The translations under genes and the position numbers were made by a program. A stretch of DNA of 64,000 nucleotides. Source: Camelus ferus (taxonomy: Eukaryota). The stretch covers positions 50,346,001-50,410,000 of the forward strand of contig NC_045697.1 of the NCBI RefSeq assembly GCF_009834535.1, in the 5' to 3' direction. Below the pieces are notes generated by a model, which was not told the DNA's origin, searched no databases, and saw only the letters and a list, made by a program, of their open reading frames with translations. This document shows, in pieces, positions 35,936 to 48,697 of this stretch (the stretch's first letter is position 1; the number at the start of each line of letters is the position of its first letter).

Positions 35936-37209
35936 CTCCAAAGAAAGGATCTTGGATTGATTGATTTAGCATGGTCACTTACCCAAGGGAAAGATACCTG
36001 GTTGAGAGGGCAGCTGAGATGAGTCTCGAAGTATGAAAAGAAATTAATCAAATGGAATAAAAATAGAGGAAGGGTGCTACTTCAGATACAGGAAGCTGCA
36101 TGTGTAGATGCATGGAGGTACAACAGTGCAGAATTTCTGAGGAAATACAGGCCATTTGATTTTTATCAGTACATGCAGTAGGAGTTAAGGCATGAAGTGG
36201 GACTAGAAATAGAAGTGCCTGAATGAAACAAGTAAATGTGTTATTTCCCATTGCCCATTGCAGGTACTCTGCTGCACGCCAGGACTAGCAATGGAAGGAT
36301 GAACATAAAGAGTGCTATTCTTCCAGGACTGGCAAGAAGAGAAGATGGCCCTGGGTCAGCACCCCTGGAGGAGTCTTCCTACCCACCATTTAAGGTCTGG
36401 ATGCATTGCAAAGAATGTTTTCACACTTTCCCCAAAGTATCATCTCATCCAGTGAAAAGGACCACGCATAGAACATACAATGCTGTGAACAAGAGGTGGG
36501 CATGGGCAGAGGCGTAACTTGGGACATTCAAGGGTGAGCAGTGATAAGACTGAGAGATTAAAAGCATTGGGAAAGCTTTAGTCATGTTGGCAAGGACAGG
36601 AATCTAGGTAGGGGACTTACCAGGGCAGAACTACCAATGGAGGGCAGAACTGAGAGTGCATAGGGAAGGAAGACACATGAAGGGAGCAGTTTAAGAGGAG
36701 AAGCAGGAGAGGCAGAAAAATTTGTTGTCAGGCTAGGTCAGTGTCTTATTTGGACGTTTGTTAAAACAGTAACAGCATTAGGCTATTAAAAACTGTATAG
36801 TGGCAACTATCTGCAGTCATTCATCACTCCTACTTGTGACATGTAGAAAAGTCAAGGACGCACAGCTGAAGGGTTAGACAAAGGCTGTGTCATCTTATTC
36901 TAATTGTCCTCATCTGATAAGAGGGTATCACTGCCTCCTAATGCTTCGGGTCTCCAGGGTCCAATGAGCAGAATAGCCTAAGGGTTCATGCTCCTCGCCA
37001 TCTGACACATCTCCTGAGACTGAGATCCCTGTTAGCCCCACTGCTGTACGGACTGTCCCAAGGAGGCAGCTCTGGAGCACTGCAGTGTGACAAGGAGAGA
37101 AGGTGAGCAAACCTAAAAGTAAATACATGTATTTGTAAGTTTATTTATTTATTTGTATTTTACATTTATATATTTAATAGGCACTGATTGAGTGGAGAGA
37201 GAGGATACT

Positions 37210-37470
37210 GGTAATGGAATACAGAAGTTACCAGTACAGGCTTTGAAGTCAAACAACATTTAGTTTAAATCCCAGATCTGCTGCTGTGTGACTTGGAGAA
37301 ACTTGTGTCTCAGAGTCTCCATTTCCTCATCCCTCAGCTGAAGCTGTAAAGTTCGCCACTGAATGTTCTATGGTTTAAATAAGATGCTGCATGTGCAGAG
37401 TCTAGTACTGAGCTTTCAACGCAATGAGTGCTCAGAACACCACAGCGTTAAGAAAAATTACGATAATGAA
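37210..37470 (+). mobile_element. MIR SINE
   Basis: ggctttgaagtcaaacaacatttagtttaaatcccagatctg...tgtgacttgg...catttcctcatc. Confidence 0.7.
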
Positions 37471-38619
37471 GAGGAGGGAAAAGAGAGTACGAGGGCCACA
37501 TGCTTTGTGCCTCCCCCCAAAATAGTGGGGGGCTAATACAAAGAGTGGAATGAAAGAGAGGCTGAAGGGTTGGAAAGGAGGAGCCAACTTTCAGGCTTTG
37601 AAATGGACAGCCAGTACCTCATATGAAGGAATAGCATTTATGTTTCTATCCATTCTCATCCATTTCATTGGATGATAAATGGGGCTCTTTAAAGTCTCCT
37701 CTTGGCACTGGAGTCTCTAGAGAGTGTGTGTGCTTCATGTCCCAGTCTCCTGCAACTGTGTGAGCCGAGCTTAATTAGCCCAGGAACGTCTTTAATGCAG
37801 AAGGTCCTTTAAGACTGGTTTGGATGGGACAGCCAAGTACAGCCTGCTCTCTCCACATGGTATGGGTGGCCCTCGTTCTGGTTGCTTCACGGACACAGGC
37901 TTATAATGGCTCATTTCTTCCTTTGGCCTTTTTGCTGCTTTTAAATAATTACAGGAGAAGTATTCTCACCACTTTTTTTTTCTAGAAGAAAAAATAAGAT
38001 TCATATAAGCATCTTAGACTTCGAGCTATTTGAGACCCCCTTGCCTTATTTATATCAGTGGTTATATTAGGATGAAACACAAAATACAAAGCAATAATGC
38101 TTTTAGGGGTATGCAATTATTATGTGAGGGTGGTCATAAGTCACTCCTCTGCATACAAAAAACACGTTAGGCTTATGGGTGATGAATAGGAGCAAATCCA
38201 CAACCCATTTTGCTACAAGAAAATTATTCGCTTGTTTTGAATGTGGTGGTGACTGCCTCTGTCAGGTTTTGACGTAGCGTATTTAGGTAATGCTAGGGTG
38301 GGACAGAGGTTTGAGTTAACAGTTCTTCTAGCATTTAAAAACTCCTCTCAGGAAGCATAGGGTGACAACATTTGTCATTTTAATAAAAATGTGAAACTGG
38401 TCCCACGATGGATTTGATCATCCGATAGATCAAATTTGCATGCTACTTGGCCTCAGAGTGAAGCTACTGGTTGTGTGACTTCTGGAACCTGGCACCGTCC
38501 CATGGGGATCCAAAGCTGAAGAGGAGGAGGGTGGAGCAAAGCTCAGAGGCTGAAGGCAGCCACTTTTCTGGGTCTGAGGAAAGAAGAGAATCTGGAATAT
38601 TCATTCCTTTGCTACCGAG

Positions 38620-38915
38620 CAGTTTTGAAATTAGGCACTGGCCGCTCGTGGCTGTGGAACACTTAGAATGTGACTAGTCAGAACTGACATGTCCAGTAAA
38701 TATGAAATACACACCAGATGGGAAAGACTCAGTATGAAAAATAGAATGTAATTAGCTCACCAATAATTTTTATATTGATTACATGTTAAATGCTAATTTG
38801 GATGTATTGGATTAAACAAGCTTCACTACTCACAGTAATTTTACTCTCTTTTTACTTCCTATAGTGTGGCTCCGAGTAAATTTTAAATTACGTATATTGC
38901 TCTCATTATGTTTTG
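38620..38915. mobile_element. hAT-Charlie DNA transposon relic (MER3/MER33-like)
   Basis: cactggccgctcgtggctgtggaacacttagaatgtgactagt...ataatttttatattgattacatgttaaa...ttttaaattacgtat. Confidence 0.7.
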
Positions 38916-41899
38916 TACTTGCCTCAAAGTAGATAAATGATTCTTCTCCAAAAGGCATCTAGTATCATGCTTGTGCCCTTTCGTGAAGTGTTTATCATCG
39001 TTTATGACTTTCCAGTTAATTTCAGTCAGCTACTCAGGAAGGACAGGTAAACAACGTAGCTGGAAAGAGTCTGATGCATTTGCTTGCCTAAACACACAGG
39101 ATGTTGCATCTGTATTTCTCCTAAACCACAAATGATGAACAATCCACCAACACTTCATCTGGATTATATGGTCATCAACCGAACGTTCATCATGTGGGTG
39201 TAAGGGTAACTCTGACAAAGCAAATTCCATGGAGATTCTCCTGTTGCCTTTTAAGATGCCATCAATTGTACATTTGTATCAGATAGAAAAATGAATCATT
39301 TGAATTATACAGGAAATGACCATTGATTGGCACAGAAATGATAAATTCAGAGAACAAAATAGACAATGGTTTAGATAATTGTATGCTGAGGAAGAACACA
39401 GATATTCATTTCTGGAAGAATGAAAGACATGATTTAACCTTAATTTAAACTATATTCTCTCAGAACTTAAGTTTGGTGAGTGTGATATCCTAGGATAACA
39501 CAAAGTTCAGGGTTTTGTAACTGTCAGGGACTGTTAAAAAAATGACAGTCTACAACTCAGTGATTGTGGCAAGCTACTTGTCTCTTTGAAACACAGTTTT
39601 TCCATGGGTAAAATGAAGATAGTTATACCAGCCTTTCAGGGATGTTGTGTGCAGAGACTGGCACAATGAATATGGACTATTATTATTAATCGTAGAATTT
39701 TAGTGAATCAGTTTTGTGAAGGCTTTTCTTAGATCCTGACTCCTATAGCAAACATTTCCAGGTGAAGTGAACTCTTGATTTCCACCCTATAATATATCCT
39801 TTAGGGGCACGTTGAAGTTGTAGTAATTCACTGATCACCAAACTGCAGAGCATTGAGCCTGGGCTTGAAGGAGACCCAATGATGAGTTTGATTTTAATCT
39901 TCCAAAGAGTTGATAGTTTTAGGGAAGAGAAGATATTCACATATATAGAAATAATACAAAGTAGATTATGCAAATATCTCAAGATAGTTTTGGCCACATT
40001 GACTCAGAAGGGCCGATGGGATCCAGGTAGAGACGTCCCTCAGAAAATGCAGGACTAGCCCCAAGGAGCGAGCTGTTCGCTGGAGGCAGAGATCAGGTAG
40101 CTTATCCACGTGGATGAGATCCTTGAAGTCCTGGGACTAGACAGACTTGCTGCAGGTGATAGTCTGAGGGGGGAGTGAAATGAGGGACAGGGAAGGAAAG
40201 AGAGAGGGATGAGTATAAATGTAATGGAAGATTTCTCTTTAGGAGACAAAGGAGGAAGAGAATGAAAGATAAGGACAAAGAAATAGGTTCAGTTAGGAGA
40301 AAGAAGATGCCCAAATTGTCTCTGTCTCTCTCTCTCCTCTCCCACATTACGAACTCACTGTCTTTGAATTCCCTGTTTCCCAAAGCTGCCTCTTTCAAAA
40401 CCACTTTGGCTCTGATGGCCTCATGTCCTCAGCTGCAATCCGCTGTCACTGCTCGTCCTCACTCTACAGACCTGAAGCAATGCCAGGGCCCTGGTCTCAC
40501 GCTTTCCCAGGCAGGGGGCTGGGGCACAGAAGACAGCCATGCCACTGCACATAGTCCTACAGCCATATCAATAACTGGAGCAAAATAAAACAAACTTTAA
40601 GGATAAAATTAATTTTATTTATACCAAAGTGAAGTCAAAATAAGTTTAGCATTATTTTCCTATTTAGTGAAAGGATTCCTGGTGAGTAAAATTGTGTATT
40701 TCAAATAACCTGAATTTGGGAAGAATTTTTTTTTTTAAGACACTGTGTTTTCTCAAACTGAAGAGAAATTCTTAGTGAAGTTTTCATGTTAAACTACTTA
40801 TGTGTTGACATCCTATGTATCTGGGATAGTTTTGGATTTTGCCAATTAGAATATTAATATAGAGATATTTTTAAAGACATTATAGAGTATCATAAGAAAA
40901 ATTTGACTTTCATCGATAGTCAAGATTACCTGAAACTCTTAAAGCCATTTGAGAAGAAATTCTTATTTAATAATCAGATTCTACTGTCCTCTCTTGGTTT
41001 TCTAATTTGTAGTTACCCAGTGAATTAAAAAATTTTAACATAGCTGAAATGGAAATCTCTGACTGTACCTATGTTTATTTTTTATAAATTTTATTTTCTG
41101 TGTATTTCTTTTGCTTTTTAGAAAGATTTCTGTCAAATACAAAAACTCATTTTCTCTCCCTGTGATTTCCTATCATCAGTTTCTGTTTCTTGCACAGAGC
41201 ATGGACTGGCAGTTGTAATCTTCATAATATACAGAGAAATGACCCGTTGTCCCTATTTTGAAACCCAACTCAGAGAGATTTTTCAAGGAAAAAAAAATCT
41301 ATCATTGTACAATTCTTATTTAAACATCCTTGGGTTTAACCATTGTCTGATTTTATTCAATTGTTTCTAACACAAAAGAACGGAAGAATCAAACAGTGGA
41401 ATACATGAAGATTACTGTTGAGTTTTGAAGTCTGAGTAAACTTGGCCGCAGGGCTCTATCTGGAATGTTAAGCTATTTTGAGGCTGACAGAGAAAATCTA
41501 AAGTACAATAAAGATGGTGTATTTCAAAACAGGTTTTTACTTGTTAATTTGTAAGTAATTGGTGGAAAACAGATTTGTGGTGGATTTTATGGTTCTAGGA
41601 CACACTTAGGATGATGAGATGAGGACTAAGTGATTTCAAGTCAACCAAATAAAGGTTAGGCCTTGGGAGATATAGAGACGTGCTTTAACTAAAGTGGTTT
41701 CAAAATGGTTTGGTGTCATTTATTCATTGACTGTATTAAGTGCCTGTTATGCACATTTGTATTAGTTTCTCCAGAGAAACAAAACCAAAGGAGACAGGTA
41801 TACATAATCTCATGTATAAGAAGTCAATCTTACATATAATAGATATGCATAAATTTATCATACAATACATATTATGTAATATAACATGTCCATTATCTA

Positions 41900-42364
41900 G
41901 GAGATATTGATGGCTCAGTTCCAGACTACCACAATAAAGCGAATATTGCCAAAAAGTGAGTTACACAAGTATTTTGGTTTTCCCAGTGCATAAAAATGTT
42001 ATGTTTACATTATACTGCAGTCTCTTAACTGTGCAAAAGTATTATGTCCAAAAAATGATGTACCCACCTTAATTAAAAAATACTTTATCGCTAAGAAGTG
42101 CTAACCATCGTCTGAACCTTCAGCGAGATACAGTGGTAACATCAAAGATCACTGATCACAGATCACCATAGTAGGTATAATAATAATGAGAAAGCTCAAA
42201 ATATTGCAAGAATTACCAAAATGTGACACAGAGACATGAAATGAGCAAATGCTGTTGGAAAAATGGCGCTGATAGACTTACTCAACACAGGGTTGCCAAA
42301 AAACTAATTTATAGAGAACACAGTTCTCTCAATAAAGCAAAGATCAATAAAAGAGGTATGCCTG
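41900..42364 (+). mobile_element. Tigger1 internal-deletion derivative, nested in an MLT2-type LTR remnant (about 41758-42480)
   Basis: ggagatattg...gttccagactaccacaataaagcgaatattg 5' end and gaggtatgcctg 3' TIR followed by ta; flanks read tgtattag..ttctccagagaaac / gatttattttgaggaattagc. Confidence 0.85.
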
Positions 42365-43479
42365 TATACATGATATAATATATAAAGTCTCCTATGTAAT
42401 AAATAAATCTTTATATGCCATATAAAATGAGATTTATTTTGAGGAATTAGCACACAATTAAGGAGGCCGAGGTTTCCATAATAGAAAACACCAAGGGCAT
42501 TTACCTAAGAGGGCCTGGAGGGCCAAGGTCAGGGAAGACATCTCTGAGAAAAGTGACATTCAAGCTGAGTCTTGAAGAATGAGTGGGACCTGGACAGGAC
42601 ATGGGGACATGGAGGATGGGAAGTGATAGACCTCTGTGAGGTAACAAGGATGGAGAGACCCTGGGACCTCTGAAGAACTGTAAGAAGGCCAGTGTGACTG
42701 AAGCACAGTGAGAAGAAGATGAGGCTAAGGGTAGCCAGAGACCATTCACACAGGGTCTGATGTCATGTAACCACCCTTTCTGGGGAGACAAGTAACCAAA
42801 TGCAGAACCATGCTCAACAACTCCAACCACAAGGGCAGCTATGGAAACAGCATCCTTGAGTTTTACTCTGTGTTATACCCTGTTCTGGGAGTTTTAGCAG
42901 AATATTTTATTTAATCTTCACAGCAACCTATAAAGTAGCTATTTCTTTTGTTCCATTATATGGGTAGGATAAGGGTATTAGCTCACAGAGGGTTTGCAAT
43001 TTTATGTTTACATAGCCAATAAGTGACAAAGTCAGGACTGGAAAGCAGGGCTTTTGCCATAGTTCTACTCTTAATATTGCCTTACACAATATTTAAGTGA
43101 ACCGACCTCTATTATGAAATAGCTATAACTTGTCATGTCAGCGTCATTTTGGAAGGCAAGCATTGTTTTTATTTTCTCCTTAGGCATGGTTTACCAAAAG
43201 AATCTTCCTCCCTTCCTATCATGATTCTGTCTAGAAAACCAAAATGTGAATTCCCTTGACTCCCAATTGTTAGAGATTTTTTGCATGGCATTTGGGACAA
43301 GTGAGTGGGGAGATTTAGGATCTATAGACCACACACTCCTTGTGCTGGCTCCATTAAAATATCTAATAGTCTAGATGAGAATAATTTCTTCCTCCTAAGC
43401 TGGTTAAGTAGAGAAATAACAGTTTGATAAATTTCCTTAATACACTGAAGACTCTAGCGGAATTTAATGATATGGCCCA

Positions 43480-43700
43480 AGAGATGTCCAACAGATCAGG
43501 AGTGAGCTCAAGCTCAGCCAGTTATGAGCTGTGTAATCTCAGCACATTAATTAACCTCCCTGAATCTCTGCTTTTCATCTGTAAAATAGATAATACAGGT
43601 AATAAATAAGGGTAATGATAGTACCTGCCTGACATGAGTGCTGTGAGGATTAAATGAGATACTACATATTCCAAGCCCAGTAACTGTTAGCCAGCCATTA
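43480..43700 (+). mobile_element. MIR SINE
   Basis: ttaacctccctgaatctctgcttttcatctgtaaaat...gctgtgaggattaaatgagata. Confidence 0.8.
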
Positions 43701-43773
43701 TCAATCCACCATGTGGAGATACTGAATACCTTATAGGTTCAAATCTTAAGGCAGTCACAAAAATAGTCAACAT

Positions 43774-43798
43774 GAGCTCACTTTGGCAGCACATATAC
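43774..43798 (+). pseudogene. RNU6: U6 snRNA 5'-fragment retropseudogene with 16-bp TSD
   Basis: gagctcactttggcagcacatatac matches 22/25 of the U6 5' end gtgctcgcttcggcagcacatatac (two differences are CpG transitions); acaaaaatagtcaaca at 43757-43772 and 43797-43812. Confidence 0.9.
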
Positions 43799-46700
43799 AA
43801 AAATAGTCAACAAGAAACAATGCTTTGAATTATATAGCCAAATGAGGCAGCAGATGTTAAATAGCAAAACTGAACAGCACCTCTAAAATACCAAAACATT
43901 TGAAAGAAAAAAAAACAAATAAAAAATTTCTAAGGTCATATCTCCAAAAATGTCTTATTTACCTTTATAAGCTCAGCATTTAGTTCAATGCTAGGAAATA
44001 CAAATCCCTCAATACATGTTCGTGGAATGAATGGGTGAGTAATAAATAAATAAATGTATAAATGAATGAAAGAAAGAATGAATGGATGGATGGATGAGTA
44101 CAGCTTCACATGCTGAGCAGTGCAAATGTAAATTCAGTGATTGTCAGATGCAAGTGTGACTCCAAACTGAGTCTAGCAAAGAGAAAGTAACATGAAACTG
44201 CTGACTTGGAAGATAGCAGGAAAGCAAAGTAAAAACTGGAAACACCATCAGGATCAGCAAGAAAAAAAAGATGAAGCCCTCCTAAGCCTGTGCTTCCTGG
44301 CTATAGAGGTGTGCTTTAAGAAAATTGTTTAGTTTTAGTTTTATGGACACAGCTGTAACCCAAGTAACTTTGCAGAAGGGACAGCTCTGCACTCATGTGC
44401 ACCTCTGTCTATCATGTGCACTTTTAGATGCAATGTCAAAGTCCATGCTTAGAAATAAACATTTCCAAGAGACGGGGTATTTGTCTGTCCTTCAATTCCT
44501 ATACGCCACTCAGTCGTAGGTAGTTCTCTAGGAATTCCCAGTATAAACTCCTGCTGCCCAAGCTAAGATTCTTAAATACTGCATTGTTTTCCAGAAAAAT
44601 ATTATGTATCTGATTTTTGAGAGAAAGCAAATCAAGGGCATGTGCTTGGCTATTTAGGAAATCAGATCAAAATGTATTAAAGACGATTTAGTTAATGGGA
44701 ATAGAGATTGACAAGGGTAGCGATCAGAGTGTGTATATGTTGTCAGCAGAAATTTAATGTCTAATAAAAGGCACACACATAAGTTGAGAGTGCTATTTAC
44801 AGGCTTTTCTTTTCATGAATATATGTATATATGTTTTACATATATATGTGTATATATTTTACATATACACACACACACACACAAAGCATTGTGCATTCAA
44901 GATCCTATTATGTTTGTAAAAACAGAAGGATCTAGCAATTGGGCATTAAAGGCAATATTAAGTTTATTACACCTGCAGAAGGCTGGGAACAAGGTTAAAC
45001 TGTTTAGAAGAGTTGTCTTTCCATGGCTCAATAATTTTCCATTCTGTCTTTGTCAAGAAAGCCATAGAAAATAATAAAAAGTTGACTTAATGTAACACAA
45101 TAAGATTGAACTATAGAGAAACTTGGCTGCATACAGTAACGGTGAACACAAGCTGGATTTGGACCCTCTTCACAGAATCCTTTGTTGATTTAAGTGCAGC
45201 AGTTGGCATTTATCAACATGTGTGTTAACAATGAACATTTTTTTGTTTATCTTAGGAATGTAAAGACCAAGGAAATCAGGTAAAGAACAGTGTATAAAGC
45301 ACAAAAGGAACAGAAAAGGTGATTAGAAGTCATTTAAAAGAATACTTTCTACAATAAACACAATTTACCAGTGCACCTGTGAGCATTTATCTTTATAATT
45401 CTATCATTTATCCCATCAGCACTTTTGTCCTATATGAGAAGTGTGAACACTGAAGTAGCTCTTAAGGGTAAGATAATAATAACAATTAAAGACCAATCTG
45501 CCCCATTTGATTTCTTTTTCATTCTACCCTCATTAGAACTTGTGGATACTTTCTCGTCTTGATACACACACACACACACACACACTTAGTATTAAGTAAA
45601 TTATGTATTCTTCCTGGGCAGACAATGTGTCATCTATTCTTTTTGCTCAAAGTAATTTTTCTTCTCTCTTAACACTTTCTACTTCATTTATTTTATAATA
45701 AACATGAAATATCTGTGGATTAATGCATAAATAAACAAATGAATAAATGAATGAATGCACAAACATGTTTTTAGAGTGCTAGACTATAACCTCCTTGAAG
45801 ATAGGTGACTTGTCTCAACTTTGCCTATTATATCAAGGCAAGACTGACCGAAAAACAAAACAAAGCAAAACATTCTCCAAAACAGTCTCAGCAAATACAC
45901 TCGCATTACCCACTCCCAAGCTCCAAATGACTGATCCTAGACAGATGTCAGTGTCCTCCTCGGTCTTGAGCCTCTTACGACTCTTCCCAATGAGTTACAA
46001 ATGGCCCCTGTTTTGAGCCATCTGGCACTCAGGACCCCAGTGAGTGTTTGTGGATGTCATATAACATCCTCTATTAAAACAGAGACCAGAATGCAGAGAC
46101 AAAATGAGACAAATGCAAGAATGTCATACTGTGGTTTTAATAACAAAAATAAAAATTTTTATTACTTTATGTGAAAACACTGTAAGGGTCTTCATTTCAT
46201 TTCTTATTTCTTTGTTTCCAAAAGTATGAAGAGTGATGTGAATTATTTTAATATGTATCCAGGTTAACAATCACTGAACAGCTCTGACAGCGTGTCTACC
46301 CAGCTTGTTCACCACAACTCCCTCACACTGCCATTGGAGAGCCACCGGCCCAGAGCAGCAAGCGGAACCAGGACAGAGAAGCCTTTTCCAGCTATTGTAC
46401 TTCTCAGGGGTTACGTGGAAAACAAGCCTTCTAGGTGAAAATAAATACCTACAACTAGCTCTCCTGTAAGAGCAGAGCAATGTTCTCTGGGCCCTGCATT
46501 GCAAACACCTCTTTGTTTCATATTTGTGGCTAATGACGCCCAAATGGTAAACTCGGTCAAACCTAACATCCTGATCGTGGGCTGCACCAAAGATTTAATT
46601 GGGAAGGCTGCTATGTTCCCATCCTATGTTCTCGATTCTTAAAATAATTAAAGTATGCTTCTAACAATCAGAATTCTATCAACGCTATTTAAAACGATGG

Positions 46701-47442
46701 CAACTGGGGGTTCTGTCTTCAGTAAAGGAAGGCAGGGCATTTTTCCAGTGGGTATTTATTTATAACTTCATAGCTTATAAACATTGATATTAATCAGCGC
46801 CTCTTACACTGAATTATAATTATTTGAATCTGTGTTTCCCCTCGTAGATCCTCTATTACAAAGATTTCTCTTATGCATTTTTCTATTAGCAGCATTCAGG
46901 ATTATGCCTGGAACTCCTGGGAGATCTTTGAACCTACCCTGAAATTAAATCTGCAAATATATTTGAATTCTCCAAGCTTCAGTTTTCCATGGATTAGAAG
47001 CTCTCACCACGTGTGAGCTGTTGTTACACATACGCAGAGGAGTTCCTGGTACAACAGGTTATAATTGCAGGCAGGTATGGGTAGAGAAATAAGAGTGTTT
47101 TGTTTTGACTTGATTTGCTTTTCAGATACCCTTGCAAGATAAAGAAATTAGCTGGATTCATTTGAGTATTTCTGTCAGTTGCTTTTTAGAAAGTCAGGGA
47201 GTTCATATGCCTATGAAACTCTGTGCACAAGAGGACGGAGCTTTCCTACTGTGTGGGAGAAATACAAGCTTCTTTCACTGGTGATGACTTAGTCGTGCAC
47301 ATACAGACTAGAAAGAAATCTAGTCTTCATTCTCTAAATGTTTAGCAATTGTAGAATGACTATAATTCTATAAAAAAAAAGTTTAAAAAATAAAATAAAT
47401 GTTTAGTAACTCCAGAGAAAGGTAAACATTTCAGATAGCAAG

Positions 47443-47692
47443 GGTTATTACAAGATATTGAATATAATTCCCTGTGCTACACAGTAGAACCTTGTTGTTT
47501 ATCTACTTTATATCTAGTAGTTAGTATCTGCAAACCTTGATAATGAAAAATAGTATGAAAGGTGTATATGTATGTGTGTGTATGTGTGTGTGTATATATA
47601 TATATATTTATATATATATATAAAACTGAATCACTGTGCTGTACACTGGAAACCAACATAACATTGTAAAATGACTATACTTCAAAAAAAAT
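47443..47692 (+). mobile_element. Short L1 3'UTR insertion with 5' inversion
   Basis: Antisense 3'UTR about 47443-47536 joined to sense 3'UTR and A tail; atagcaa on both flanks. Confidence 0.85.
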
Positions 47693-48477
47693 TTTTTTAA
47701 TAGCAACAGGATGTATTTATCTTTGCAGAACAACTTACACTATTGAAAAAAATCTCTGCCCAGGCTCTGTTTCTTTTCAGGCGTTTCCTACATTTTTGTT
47801 GCTGAGTTTTGGTAGATCTTAGAAAAGTGTTAGCTGCTTCTGGTTGCCTGATATCTGAGACTGGGGCAGAGTCTGCCATTCATCTCAGAGTAGATCCTTA
47901 TCCCCCAACTTTGTCTCTTCATTGTGCTGGGCCACAATCGACTTCCAAAGGGGACTTCAGATAAAAAATAAACACAATTTGGTGGGAAAGGAAAAAGTTC
48001 CTCAAATTTTTCCTAAAAATCAGAATCTTTCTGTGTTTTTATGTAGAACCTGATTTTGAGTGTTCTATAATATCAATAAAGTATCCTTTTCCATCATCTC
48101 TAAGAAAATTAATTTCCCCAAATCAGAAAGAGAACACTCCTTTAATTTTAAATGATACATTTGGTCTTCTCTCTACTTTTAATTTTTGGTGAACATAGAG
48201 AGTAATGTTAAAAATAGGGATAATCCTTGTATGTCTATGAATCAGTCAGTGACTTTTAATGGACATTGAGTCCAATTATTAATATGGGGAAAAAAGTGGA
48301 GATGAAAGGAACAATCGTGTTCTTTTGTGTTCTGGAGAGCATGAAATGGAGCATTATCCTGTTTACCCTGATTATATGGCTCTCATGTGGCCGGTCTCAT
48401 ATGGATGCTACTGGTGTAAAAGTGCAGTGCAGCTTTTTTATCCAACTAGCTCTTCTAGTGCTTAACAGATCTTCTCC

Positions 48478-48697
48478 CTAACTACTATATATAAAATAGA
48501 TAAACAACAAGGTCCTACTATATAGGACAGGGAACTATATTCAATACCTTGTAATAGCCTATAATGGAAAAGAATAAAAAAATGGAAAGAATATAAAAAA
48601 GAATATATATATATGTTATATAACTGAACCCCTATGTTGTACACCAAAAAGTAACATAACATTGTAAATCAACTATATTTCAATTAAAAAAAAAAAG
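48478..48697 (+). mobile_element. L1 3'UTR fragment with poly(A)
   Basis: taactactatatataaaatagataaacaacaaggtcctact...cattgtaaatcaactatatttcaattaaaaaaa. Confidence 0.9.

Noticed and set aside
27230..36230. L2 relics on both sides of the paleovirus as one L2 split by the insertion
   Set aside because: Both appear to cover the same part of L2, so they look like independent copies; no TSD or poly(A) for the viral element could be identified.
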